From the UHGV virus genome UHGV-0066004: 64,000 nucleotides of DNA, one strand, 5' to 3'. Position numbers and translations under genes: made by a program. Source of the stretch: a virus. Shown here piece after piece: positions 55,029 to 64,000 of the stretch; positions within the stretch are counted from its first letter, which is position 1, and every line of letters starts with the position of its first letter. The notes beneath the pieces are model-generated. The model saw nothing but the letters and a program-made list of their open reading frames with translations. It ran no database searches and had not been told where the DNA came from.

Positions 55029-55841
55029 TTAGTGCAGTTGCTCAGTATTAATCTGTGAGTGTTCTTTTTCAGCCATAGCTGAGATTTGCTTCACAAAATC
55101 ATCACCAAAGTTAATGCGCAGCTTCTCTTCAATGATTGAAGCACCAATGCTCACCAGAACATCATTGATTGCTTGCATACTCACACCACCAGTCATGCTC
55201 TCAATGAACTCAATGCTTGCACCCATCATCTGTGAAAGCTGTATTAGTGCAACGATATTCATCATTGTAGAAATAGCTGGAATCATCAGAGCAACCTTCA
55301 CCTGTAGTGGTTCTACATCAGCTACAGAATCATCTTTCACAGCTTCTTCTAAAGAATCTTTAGTTTGCTGGATAATCTCTTTGATTCGTGGGTTTAACTC
55401 TTCTACACCCCAATCAAGTTTTTCATATCGTGACAGCTTCTCTTCCATGCGCTTCTCAAGAGCAGCCATAACAGCACTCGTTGACGAAATTAACAGGTCA
55501 ACTAGCTCATTATTATCTAAGAGCAGTAGCGAGTCTTTTTCTTCAGAGGTCATGGCAATATAGTCATTTTTCTGCATCTCATAAAAAATGAACTCTGCAA
55601 GAGCATCAACACCTACAACAATAGATGCTAAAGCAAGTGTTTTGTCACACAGCATCATATTAACCTGTTCTGCAAAAGCACCGTTATCAGACTTGTCTTT
55701 AGGCAGGTTATAGCTTGCAGGCATAAACTGTTCTGTGTAGTTGTTTCCACGAAGAATCATAGCCATGCTTTCTACGGCATTGATTAAGAAAGCTTCGTCA
55801 ATACCTTTTTCTTCAAGCATCTGGTCTACAGTAGTATTCAT
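55029..55841 (-). CDS. hypothetical protein
   Basis: 270-aa ORF. Confidence 0.5.
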   Translation of the reverse strand: MNTTVDQMLEEKGIDEAFLINAVESMAMILRGNNYTEQFMPASYNLPKDKSDNGAFAEQVNMMLCDKTLALASIVVGVDALAEFIFYEMQKNDYIAMTSEEKDSLLLLDNNELVDLLISSTSAVMAALEKRMEEKLSRYEKLDWGVEELNPRIKEIIQQTKDSLEEAVKDDSVADVEPLQVKVALMIPAISTMMNIVALIQLSQMMGASIEFIESMTGGVSMQAINDVLVSIGASIIEEKLRINFGDDFVKQISAMAEKEHSQINTEQLH

Positions 55842-55842
55842 A

Positions 55843-56265
55843 TTATTTCTCTCTCAGTTGGTTAAGTTTCTTTCTAGAGCATTTTAAGTTTTCAGATGAA
55901 GAAAAGTCAAGTGTCTTTTCAGAACGTGGATAGTAATGCCTGTCCCAAGAAGTTTCAACATCGTTAATCAGTGATGCTAGATTACACAGGTCTGTACCAC
56001 TTTGCAACCTCTTTTTAAGAGAATCTAGTAAAGCAACTGTATCTTTAGCTTTACGTCTAGCTATAGCAACGTCTTTCATATGCTCAAACACAGAGCATTT
56101 TAAGTCATCTTCATAGTCTTCTGATAACTCTATTTCATGTTGTATATCAACCATTCTCCTGTGATGGTGAGCATATTCCCGTTGAGCAGCAATGTCAAGT
56201 TCTTCCAACTTCTGCAAAGCTCTAACAAAGTCAGCTATGTCTGGGTGAACAAACATTTTCTGCAT
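55843..56265 (-). CDS. hypothetical protein
   Basis: 140-aa ORF, first gene of minus unit diverging from polymerase. Confidence 0.5.
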   Translation of the reverse strand: MQKMFVHPDIADFVRALQKLEELDIAAQREYAHHHRRMVDIQHEIELSEDYEDDLKCSVFEHMKDVAIARRKAKDTVALLDSLKKRLQSGTDLCNLASLINDVETSWDRHYYPRSEKTLDFSSSENLKCSRKKLNQLREK

Positions 56266-56441
56266 GTAAGCCTCTTTTAAGTAACTATTAAGTTTTAATC
56301 TTTTATCTTAACGTATTCTATACGTTATACTTTAAAGCTTTTTAAAAGCTATTAAATAATCTTTTAAGAGCTTTAAAGTATCTGTATAGTTAAACTGTTA
56401 AGTAACCTTTTAAGTAAAAACCCACTTCGCAAAGATTAACA

Positions 56442-56477
56442 CCTTGTCAAGTACATTGTCAACTTGCTTTTTATAAT
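56442..56477 (+). promoter_or_regulatory. conserved CCTTGTCAAGTACATTGTCAAC element plus TATAAT upstream of polymerase
   Basis: Near-identical 22-bp element also at 10653-10674; spacing to TATAAT is not canonical for sigma70. Confidence 0.4.
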
Positions 56478-56522
56478 TTTTTGCAGTAATGTATGAGGTT
56501 AATGATTTTAGAGGGAGTAAAA

Positions 56523-59222
56523 ATGGAAAACGTAGATTTTAAAAACTTACATTTAGTTGGTGATACAGAAACTGATGGTTTACTCCTTGAGTTCACTAAA
56601 GTTCACGTAATGGCCTTTGCAGACTATAAATCTGACGATGAAGAGCCACCTGTATGGGTCTTTACAGATGAGCCTATCCTCGGTCACAAGTACACTAAGT
56701 ACATTAAGGGTGGTTTACGTGAAGGTATTGAGTTTGCGTTGAAGGCAAAACGACTTTGTATCCATAATGGTCTCGGTTATGACTGGTGGGTTTTCAATCA
56801 CATTGCACCGGATTTATGGAACTTTGATAATCCAAAATGTAAGCCGTGGAGTAATTTCTTTCAGGACTCTCTTATCCAGTCTCGTGTTCAGTGGATGGAT
56901 AGACCAACTCCAAAGGGTTATAAAGGTGCTCATGGTTTGGCTGCATGGGGTGCTCGTGTTGGTGTTCGTAAACCAGAGATTGAACATTGGGGTGTGTGGA
57001 ATGCAGAAATCTTCACTCGTGTTGTAGAAGATATCCGTATTAACGCCAAAACTAAACGGGCGCTTGATAACGAGTATCTCAAGCTTAAGAAGTGTGGTAT
57101 AGACACTTATGAAACTTACATGCGAGCTAAAGAGACATCTTTCTGGATGAGCCAACAAGCTATTAATGGCTGGAAAGCTGATAAAGAGCTTATGGAGTTC
57201 CATGTAAAGGAGCTTGACAAGTTGACTAATGAGCTTGCTTCAGAGGTTGAACCACATCTACCTCCAACTATTAAGACCAAAGGTAAAGTCACTGGAGAGG
57301 AGTTTGCAAAAGCTTGGAATGAGTATGTTGAAACATTTGGTCATGCAGATGGACTGAAGAGAATTACCAAGTACCCTAAGACAAAGTATCGTCAGCAGGT
57401 ACGTAATGGCGAGATGCAGACATACGAAATCAAACCATTTGGTAAGCCAACTACAAAGATTTTTAACATTGAGAAAAGGAATTGCTATACACCAACCAAC
57501 ACTGTAACTGGTGAAGAGTACAAGGAAGGCTTTGTAGCAATGAAGGATGCTCGTGCAATTTGCAATGAGTTGAACGCAAAGATTGGTAAGAAATGCAAAG
57601 ACTGGAAGCCAGTAAAAACAGTCAAAACTGTGAAGTACTATAACAGCCACGTTGTTAACCACTTTGAACTTGAGTCAAGTCGCTACACAGGTTTGATTGA
57701 TGCACCATATACACCAATTGAGTTCGAGGTTTCTCGTATGACTCAGGTAGCAGTTGTTAAAGACTACTTGAAATCAGTTGGTTGGATTCCAGATGACTGG
57801 AACTACAAGAAAGACTCAGATGGTCGTCCTGTCAAAGTTTGTCGTTTCAAAGACAATAAAAAGATGATTACAAAACATCCTAAGTGGCAGGAAATGGTTG
57901 AGCGGTGTGGTTTGAGTTATGTTGAACATGAAGGTGTCCAGTACATTGAGCATAACTGGTCTGTGAAGAAATACACAGATTTGCTTGAGCCTTGCTTAAT
58001 CCGTACTTCACCAAAACTTACCGAATCATCCTATGATACGATTGAAGGTGAGCTTGGACAGAAGATTGCGAAATACTACACTTTGATGCACAGACGCAGA
58101 ACTATTGAGAACTCAAAGGATGATGAAAAAGGTTGGTTGAACCAGATTCGTCCTGATGGTCGCCTTAGTGCTGGTGCAATGGTGTTTGGTACTTCAACTG
58201 GACGTATGACGCAATATGGTATTGTAAACGTACCGTCTGGTGCTGCTGTCTATGGGGAACCAATGAGGGCAGTGTGGATTTGTGAGGAAGGTACTAACGT
58301 TGTCTCTGTAGACATGAACTCAGCCCAGCTAGTTCTCCTTTGTAACTTTATGGGTGATAAAGATTTCACCAAAGCGGTAACGCAAGGTAAAGAAGAAATT
58401 GAGTTTACTCGTCAAGAAGATGGACGCTATTACTGCAAACATTTTGATGAGTACCTCAACCCAGAGATTGATAAGTACCTTCGCTATGACTCTGAGAATG
58501 ACCTGTACGTTGTCTATTCAGGGACTGATGCGCATACACTGAACAGTATCTACTTTAGCTTGAACGATGAGCAGGACATCTTGACTTGTCGAGCTACTCA
58601 GGATGAGAATCTTCTCCATGAGATTAGCAAGGGTCGTAAGAAAGCTAAGAATGGTATCTATGCACTGCTGTTCGGTGCAGGTGATGAGAAGTTTGCTAAG
58701 ACGATTAAAGCTGCAACTACTCAGGAAGGAGCACTGACTAAACAGACTTACTTTATTCGTTTGCCTAAAATTAAGAAGCTGCTAGATGACTTGGAAGCTG
58801 ACTACAAAGCAACTAAAAAGGCACTTGAAGAGGTGTTTGGTAAGACTGCTGCAATCTCTAAAGGGGGTTTTGTAAAGGTTGCTGGAGCTTGGTTGTGGTG
58901 TAAATCTCCACATAAGTTATTGAATTATTTGCTCATGGGTTCGGAAAGTCAGATTCAGAACGAGGCAATTAACCTTGCTTGCCGTCGTATGATTGACGAA
59001 GGTTTGATGAAGTTGAACGGTCGCAAACCAGCTATAGGTGCTCGTTTATTGTGCTCCTATCACGACGAGACAAGTTGGGAATGCCCAGAGAGTATGACGG
59101 CAGAGGTGAAGGCTGTCACTGATTGGTATTACGGGCAAGCCTCTAAGAACTTAGGGCTAAAGAGTGAAACACTGGTAACTGGTACTGGTAAGGTTGGTAA
59201 ATCGTGGTTGGAAGTGCATTAA
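56523..59222 (+). CDS. DNA polymerase, family A (T7 gp5-like)
   Basis: Exo motif DTETDG, HNGLGYDW, and segments paralleling T7 gp5 (AHGLAAWG, APYTPIEF, KSVGWIPD); start set to ATG after GAGGGAG. Confidence 0.85.
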   Translation: MENVDFKNLHLVGDTETDGLLLEFTKVHVMAFADYKSDDEEPPVWVFTDEPILGHKYTKYIKGGLREGIEFALKAKRLCIHNGLGYDWWVFNHIAPDLWNFDNPKCKPWSNFFQDSLIQSRVQWMDRPTPKGYKGAHGLAAWGARVGVRKPEIEHWGVWNAEIFTRVVEDIRINAKTKRALDNEYLKLKKCGIDTYETYMRAKETSFWMSQQAINGWKADKELMEFHVKELDKLTNELASEVEPHLPPTIKTKGKVTGEEFAKAWNEYVETFGHADGLKRITKYPKTKYRQQVRNGEMQTYEIKPFGKPTTKIFNIEKRNCYTPTNTVTGEEYKEGFVAMKDARAICNELNAKIGKKCKDWKPVKTVKTVKYYNSHVVNHFELESSRYTGLIDAPYTPIEFEVSRMTQVAVVKDYLKSVGWIPDDWNYKKDSDGRPVKVCRFKDNKKMITKHPKWQEMVERCGLSYVEHEGVQYIEHNWSVKKYTDLLEPCLIRTSPKLTESSYDTIEGELGQKIAKYYTLMHRRRTIENSKDDEKGWLNQIRPDGRLSAGAMVFGTSTGRMTQYGIVNVPSGAAVYGEPMRAVWICEEGTNVVSVDMNSAQLVLLCNFMGDKDFTKAVTQGKEEIEFTRQEDGRYYCKHFDEYLNPEIDKYLRYDSENDLYVVYSGTDAHTLNSIYFSLNDEQDILTCRATQDENLLHEISKGRKKAKNGIYALLFGAGDEKFAKTIKAATTQEGALTKQTYFIRLPKIKKLLDDLEADYKATKKALEEVFGKTAAISKGGFVKVAGAWLWCKSPHKLLNYLLMGSESQIQNEAINLACRRMIDEGLMKLNGRKPAIGARLLCSYHDETSWECPESMTAEVKAVTDWYYGQASKNLGLKSETLVTGTGKVGKSWLEVH

Positions 59223-59232
59223 TGGTGACAAA

Positions 59233-59760
59233 ATGATTACACAAGAACGTTTAAAGGAACTACTACACTATGACCCCGAAACAGGGGTCTTTACTTGGCT
59301 TCGTAGAGAGGGTGACTCAAGGGCTGTTAAAGTCTTTAATAGTAAGTACGCAGGACAGGTAGCGGGGAGCATCCAGATTGACTCAACTGGTCATAAGCAG
59401 ATTACTATCTATTTTGACAAGAAAGCACATAAAGCACACAGACTTGCATGGCTGTACGTGTATGGTAGGCTACCGAAAGGTGTTATTGACCATATTAATG
59501 GGGACTCCCTTGATAACAGGGTTGTAAACTTAAGAGAAGCAGATGACTGCCAAAGTGCTTGGAATAAAAGCAAGTTATCTACCAATAAATCAGGCTATAA
59601 GGGTGTAAGCCTGAAGAAGAAGTCTGGTAGGTGGGTTGCGCAAATAAGCTATAAAGGTAAAAAGATATCATTAGGTTACTATGACACACCAGAAGAAGCC
59701 CATAAAGCTTACTGTGAAGCTGCTATTAAACTCCACGGAGAGTTTGCAAAACTAAGTTGA
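59233..59760 (+). CDS. HNH/AP2-type homing endonuclease
   Basis: Paralog of 49118..49618; 33-bp identical nucleotide stretch in inverted orientation. Confidence 0.7.
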   Translation: MITQERLKELLHYDPETGVFTWLRREGDSRAVKVFNSKYAGQVAGSIQIDSTGHKQITIYFDKKAHKAHRLAWLYVYGRLPKGVIDHINGDSLDNRVVNLREADDCQSAWNKSKLSTNKSGYKGVSLKKKSGRWVAQISYKGKKISLGYYDTPEEAHKAYCEAAIKLHGEFAKLS

Positions 59761-59785
59761 CAAGGTGCTCAGGGAAGAGTACCAT
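59757..59785 (+). promoter_or_regulatory. candidate promoter TTGACA-N17-TACCAT
   Basis: Same architecture as 10699-10727. Confidence 0.35.
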
Positions 59786-59805
59786 ATACAATATCTTATA
59801 TAGGA

Positions 59806-60021
59806 GTGATTATGAGCCACCGTGGAAGAACCCATGCAGCGATGATGAAAGGTGCTTCAAAGGAAACTATCAAGAACCGTAAGCAGAAGTTGTTTGAGAG
59901 AATGAACAGGTTAATTGACAATTCATCTCTTTCAGGTTCTGAGAAGGTTTTCTTGAAAGGTAATCTGAAAAGCATTGCACAAGAACTTATTGATATTGAG
60001 TATTGGAGACATCAAAAATGA
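59806..60021 (+). CDS. hypothetical protein
   Basis: ORF in track. Confidence 0.45.
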   Translation: MIMSHRGRTHAAMMKGASKETIKNRKQKLFERMNRLIDNSSLSGSEKVFLKGNLKSIAQELIDIEYWRHQK

Positions 60022-60236
60022 CACTTGCAGACGTTATTCAGCAACTTCACGACAATTGCTATACTCCAGAGTTGATTCAGGAGATGTCCATTGTAGTGAT
60101 GCCTAGTAAGTTCGTAAAAGCTTTTAATGGTGACTCTTTAAGGGCTGCACATATCCTTATTGTTGACGGCAAGATTGCAAGAGACTGTACTGGAGTACTC
60201 AAAGGCGAACGTATTGATATTCTGGAGTTGCTATGA
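60003..60236 (+). CDS. hypothetical protein
   Basis: ORF in track. Confidence 0.45.
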   Translation: METSKMTLADVIQQLHDNCYTPELIQEMSIVVMPSKFVKAFNGDSLRAAHILIVDGKIARDCTGVLKGERIDILELL

Positions 60237-60368
60237 AGAAAATGTACAGTCTCTGGGGAAGGGTTGGTAAAGGTTTTGACTGGACACTTCTTCGTTCAAA
60301 CGTTAAACGTAGTGAATTACCAGAACTCATCACTCACTATTTAAAAACATACAGAGAGGTAGACTATC

Positions 60369-60626
60369 GTGAACAATAAGGTTAAGAGTTGTGTGAAAGC
60401 AATGGTTGCACTTGGAGTAATTTTTCTGGCTGGCTGCAACCCATCTTATGAAAACAAAGATGCTTCTTACAGCCTCCCTCCAGAGATGCAAGACTGCAAA
60501 ATCTACAAACTCAATGGTGATGCTATAAGCAGAGATATTGTTGTTGTCAGATGCCCAAACTCTCAAACAACAACATCTTATAGCTATGGCAAAAATGGTC
60601 AATCACATACTACGGTTATTGAGTGA
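60369..60626 (+). CDS. putative lipoprotein (GTG start)
   Basis: Signal peptide with lipobox LAGC; GAGAGGT SD upstream of GTG. Confidence 0.5.
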   Translation: MNNKVKSCVKAMVALGVIFLAGCNPSYENKDASYSLPPEMQDCKIYKLNGDAISRDIVVVRCPNSQTTTSYSYGKNGQSHTTVIE

Positions 60627-60636
60627 GGTTTTCACG

Positions 60637-60843
60637 ATGGAAGTATTAGTAAACTATATCTATCGTTATGATGTTGTTCACTCCACTACAACGGTAGCTC
60701 AACGTAATCCAATCGTCCCACGAGAAGGTGAGTTGGTTCGCATTGAGGATTGGACTTACACTGTGGAAAGCATCATTCATAAGTTTGATGTTGCTGGTGA
60801 TGTTCAAGTTATTGACGTAGAAATTGGTGGCAAGAGGAAATGA
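60637..60843 (+). CDS. hypothetical protein
   Basis: Start set to ATG after upstream stop (MEVLVNY). Confidence 0.4.
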   Translation: MEVLVNYIYRYDVVHSTTTVAQRNPIVPREGELVRIEDWTYTVESIIHKFDVAGDVQVIDVEIGGKRK

Positions 60844-61031
60844 ACAAAGAAGATAAGCATAAAAATGCTGTACGAACTCCTGATGGAAAGATTCAGTCCT
60901 TCGTCCTGACAGTTGGTGGAAAGCCATTTCGTTGCCACTGCGGAGCAAACTGTTTTCATAAACCGGATAAAAATGACTTAGAGCTTTACGCATGTAATGC
61001 TTGCAACACTTGGTATCACTCAGAGGAATAA
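60840..61031 (+). CDS. small zinc-finger protein
   Basis: 63 aa with CHCG...CNACN Cys/His cluster. Confidence 0.45.
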   Translation: MNKEDKHKNAVRTPDGKIQSFVLTVGGKPFRCHCGANCFHKPDKNDLELYACNACNTWYHSEE

Positions 61032-61032
61032 A

Positions 61033-62136
61033 ATGACAATCCTATACAAACAAAATAAAGATGGCTCTTTCAACGTCTGGTCATGCGTTGCTGTAGGTGA
61101 CAAAGTTATTACAACCTATGGTAAAGAAAATGGCAAGATGATGTTTGAAGAGTATACAGCAGAACCTAAAAACATCGGTAAAAAGAATGAGCGTAACGCT
61201 GAACAGCAAGCTCTCTTTGAAGTTGCTGCTAAGTATAAAAAGCAAGTTGACCGTAAAGGTTATGCTTACACAAAAGAGTCTGCACAGAATACTGAGAAGG
61301 TAGGTGTACAGCTTGCTCATGATGCTGCAAAGGTTAGTCATGCGAAGTACCTGAAGTTCCCTGCTGATGCTCAACCAAAACTTGATGGTGTCCGTTGTAG
61401 AATTTCAAGACACTTGAGCATCGGTAGTGTATTTACAGCATACTCTCGTGAGAATACTGTTTATAAAATTCCTACTGAGCTAATACCTGACATTATGGCA
61501 ATGTTAAGGCTCCACAAAGATGTTGATGAATTTGATGGTGAGATTTATGCTCATGGGCAGGACTTAGAAGATATTGTCTCCATGATTAAAAATGAAGACA
61601 ATCCTGACCGACATCTACTCAAGTTTTACTGGTACGATATCTGTGACAGTACTAAGACGTGGCCTGAGCGTAGAGATATTATTGAGACTTCACCATTGAA
61701 TGACTTTAGAGACGGCTGTAAAGTTGTTCCTGTTAAATCTCGTCGTGTAAATTCTTGGGAAGAGTTTGATGAAGCTCATGATAAGTGGGTTGAAGCTAAG
61801 TTTGAAGGTGCAATGTACCGTTCAATCTCTGAAGACTCCTTCTATGAGTGTTGTCACCGTTCATACTTCTTGATTAAACACAAGAAGATGCACACTGAAG
61901 AGTTTAAAGTGACTGGTGTCAAGACCGATAAACGTGGTCATGGTAAGTTCGTTGTAGAGACTCTTCCTAACGTCTTTGTAGATGTCTCATGGAAAACTAC
62001 ACACGAGAAGAAACAGTATCTTGCTGAACACCCTGAAGAGTTTATCGGGAAACCTTTAACGGTTCAGTTCCAGAAGATGACTCGTAAGGGTTCTTTACAG
62101 TTCCCTGTTGGTCTCGTTATTAGGGATTATGAATAA
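61033..62136 (+). CDS. ATP-dependent DNA ligase
   Basis: Adenylation motif I KLDGVRC; start set to ATG after GAGGAA SD. Confidence 0.8.
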   Translation: MTILYKQNKDGSFNVWSCVAVGDKVITTYGKENGKMMFEEYTAEPKNIGKKNERNAEQQALFEVAAKYKKQVDRKGYAYTKESAQNTEKVGVQLAHDAAKVSHAKYLKFPADAQPKLDGVRCRISRHLSIGSVFTAYSRENTVYKIPTELIPDIMAMLRLHKDVDEFDGEIYAHGQDLEDIVSMIKNEDNPDRHLLKFYWYDICDSTKTWPERRDIIETSPLNDFRDGCKVVPVKSRRVNSWEEFDEAHDKWVEAKFEGAMYRSISEDSFYECCHRSYFLIKHKKMHTEEFKVTGVKTDKRGHGKFVVETLPNVFVDVSWKTTHEKKQYLAEHPEEFIGKPLTVQFQKMTRKGSLQFPVGLVIRDYE

Positions 62137-62139
62137 ACT

Positions 62140-62286
62140 ATGTTCAGTACAGTCATTCTGTTTATACTGGTTGTCTTTGTATTGTCATACGTTGCAAGTA
62201 AGCTTTTGGACACATCTTTTGCAATGGGTGTCTTGTTTACAATCTTTTGTTTCGTGACACATATAGCTATCAGAACTTTTTTATAA
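62140..62286 (+). CDS. 48-aa hydrophobic membrane protein (below track cutoff)
   Basis: MFSTVILFILVVFVLSYVASKLLDTSFAMGVLFTIFCFVTHIAIRTFL, 4 nt after ligase stop. Confidence 0.35.
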   Translation: MFSTVILFILVVFVLSYVASKLLDTSFAMGVLFTIFCFVTHIAIRTFL

Positions 62287-62351
62287 AAAGTTGTTGACAT
62301 AGAAAATTTGGTGAGTATACTGAGCAGCATAAACCAACAGGTACTCACCAG

Positions 62352-62450
62352 CATCACTTAAGAGTCTTTTAAAAGGGTTTTTAAGTGAAGTATGGTATGG
62401 CATGGCGCGGTGAGGTCGGGTGCGGTCAGGTCAGGTGAGGTTCGGTGTGG
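62352..62450. repeat. direct repeat copy 1 (at least 99 bp, identical to 63902-64000), contains a GGTNN array
   Basis: catcacttaagagtcttttaaaagggtttttaagtgaagtatggtatggcatggcgcggtgaggtcgggtgcggtcaggtcaggtgaggttcggtgtgg occurs twice. Confidence 0.9.
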
Positions 62451-62531
62451 GTAGTTAGTCTCAACTACATTAAAATGAGACTTACCTTTTTAAAAGGTCT
62501 TTAAAAGGTCTTTAAACAGGGTCTTTTAATG

Positions 62532-62610
62532 AGGTGTGGTAAGGTAAGGTTAGGCGAGGTTGGGTGCGGCAAGATTTGGTCAGGTTTGGTATGGTGAGGG
62601 TGGATGGTAG
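62532..62610. repeat. GGTNN pentanucleotide array (about 14 units) plus GGTAG...CTACC hairpin
   Basis: GGTAA GGTAA GGTTA GGCGA GGTTG GGTGC ... GGTGA. Confidence 0.75.
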
Positions 62611-62689
62611 TAGCCACGTTAAAAATCTACCAAGTTTCTAAAGAGTCTTCTGTTGAGGGTTCTTTACAAACAACTTAACAATCAACTAA

Positions 62690-63295
<606 letters not shown>

Positions 63296-63297
63296 TT

Positions 63298-63738
63298 ATG
63301 AATACAAAAGCATTAGCAGCAAAGTTCAGTTACGGTGACACTGTATCACATTCTGAGATGGACACCTTCTTAGGTATTGTGAAGCCAACTTATCAAGGTG
63401 ACATTGTTAAGTACGAAGATGAAATGAAGGCTTACGCACTGACACGTTTAAATCGACTTGAGAAGTTTATTGAGAAGCTTCTTAAAGAAGAGAAGATTTA
63501 TCTGGTTGCTTCAATGGGTGTTGGTTATCGTGTGGTTGAACCTAAGCATCAAGCAACTATTGCAAAACGAAAAATGTCTGGTAAAATTGGTCGTGCTTTA
63601 AAGCAAGCCACTCAAGCGATTGAGAATGTGAACACTATGGCACTTAGCCATCAAGAACGCTCACGACTAATTGAACAGCAAAACCATTTAGCTGCTATGA
63701 AAGCTAACATTAACAAGCAACGTAGAAAACCTTTCTAA
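63298..63738 (+). CDS. hypothetical protein
   Basis: 146-aa ORF, 2 nt after previous stop. Confidence 0.5.
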   Translation: MNTKALAAKFSYGDTVSHSEMDTFLGIVKPTYQGDIVKYEDEMKAYALTRLNRLEKFIEKLLKEEKIYLVASMGVGYRVVEPKHQATIAKRKMSGKIGRALKQATQAIENVNTMALSHQERSRLIEQQNHLAAMKANINKQRRKPF

Positions 63739-63748
63739 GTTAACTAGG

Positions 63749-63773
63749 TAGCCTCTTCGGAGGCTCCTTTTTA
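63749..63773 (+). terminator. intrinsic terminator with UUCG tetraloop
   Basis: AGCCTC-TTCG-GAGGCT followed by CCTTTTT. Confidence 0.7.
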
Positions 63774-63810
63774 AAAGGTCTTTAAGAGGGTCTTTTAACA
63801 AGGTGCTGCG

Positions 63811-63872
63811 AGGTGGGGTCGGGTCAGGTACGGTCTTGTAAGGTCAGGTTAGGTAAAGTGAGGTATGGGTAG
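63811..63872. repeat. GGTNN pentanucleotide array (about 11 units)
   Basis: GGTGG GGTCG GGTCA GGTAC GGTCT ... GGTAT GGGTAG then GTAG...CTAC hairpin. Confidence 0.75.
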
Positions 63873-63901
63873 TTAATCGGAGCTACATAAAAATTCGATT
63901 A

Positions 63902-64000
63902 CATCACTTAAGAGTCTTTTAAAAGGGTTTTTAAGTGAAGTATGGTATGGCATGGCGCGGTGAGGTCGGGTGCGGTCAGGTCAGGTGAGGTTCGGTGTGG
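63902..64000. repeat. direct repeat copy 2 (identical to 62352-62450), truncated by window end
   Basis: Exact match over all 99 bp available. Confidence 0.9.

Noticed and set aside
56442-56477. Reading the CCTTGTCAAGTAC element as a standard sigma70 -35/-10 promoter
   Set aside because: The spacing between either TTGTCA copy and the TATAAT is 10 or 22 bp, not 16-18, so a canonical sigma70 assignment does not fit; kept only as a conserved regulatory element.
62127-62357. Minus-strand ORF 62127-62357
   Set aside because: Antisense to the plus-strand operon and overlapping the small hydrophobic plus-strand ORF that directly follows the ligase; the plus-strand reading is more consistent with gene order.

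Overview
This window reads as a lytic phage genome segment (about 40% GC, sigma70-type promoters, AGGAG ribosome-binding sites), not a host chromosome. Annotation is by eye from the sequence and ORF track, so boundaries and tRNA identities are approximate. On the minus strand it runs: a putative portal gene (truncated at the window edge), large terminase, a cluster of about 27 tRNA genes, a vWA protein, then from 20.2 to 25.8 kb an array of 14 small early-type genes each with its own promoter and one of two conserved leader cassettes. Further along are a macro-domain protein, rIIA/rIIB-like genes, an adjacent NAMPT-family plus Prs-family pair, anaerobic and aerobic ribonucleotide reductases, homing endonucleases and a T7-like replication module (primase-helicase, SSB-like, FEN-like, family A polymerase, ATP-dependent ligase). 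Plus-strand genes include a triple Ig-like repeat protein and a GH24 endolysin. The candidates I consider most novel are: (1) GGTNN pentanucleotide repeat arrays, two of them inside a perfect direct repeat of at least 99 bp that brackets a two-gene cassette; (2) the early-gene array with its reusable promoter-leader cassettes; (3) a 1.6 kb gene-free region full of CTTAACA-type iterons; (4) the NAMPT/Prs pair with a divergent PRPP motif, possibly an NAD+ reconstitution counter-defence module; (5) atypical tRNA-like genes in the tRNA cluster.
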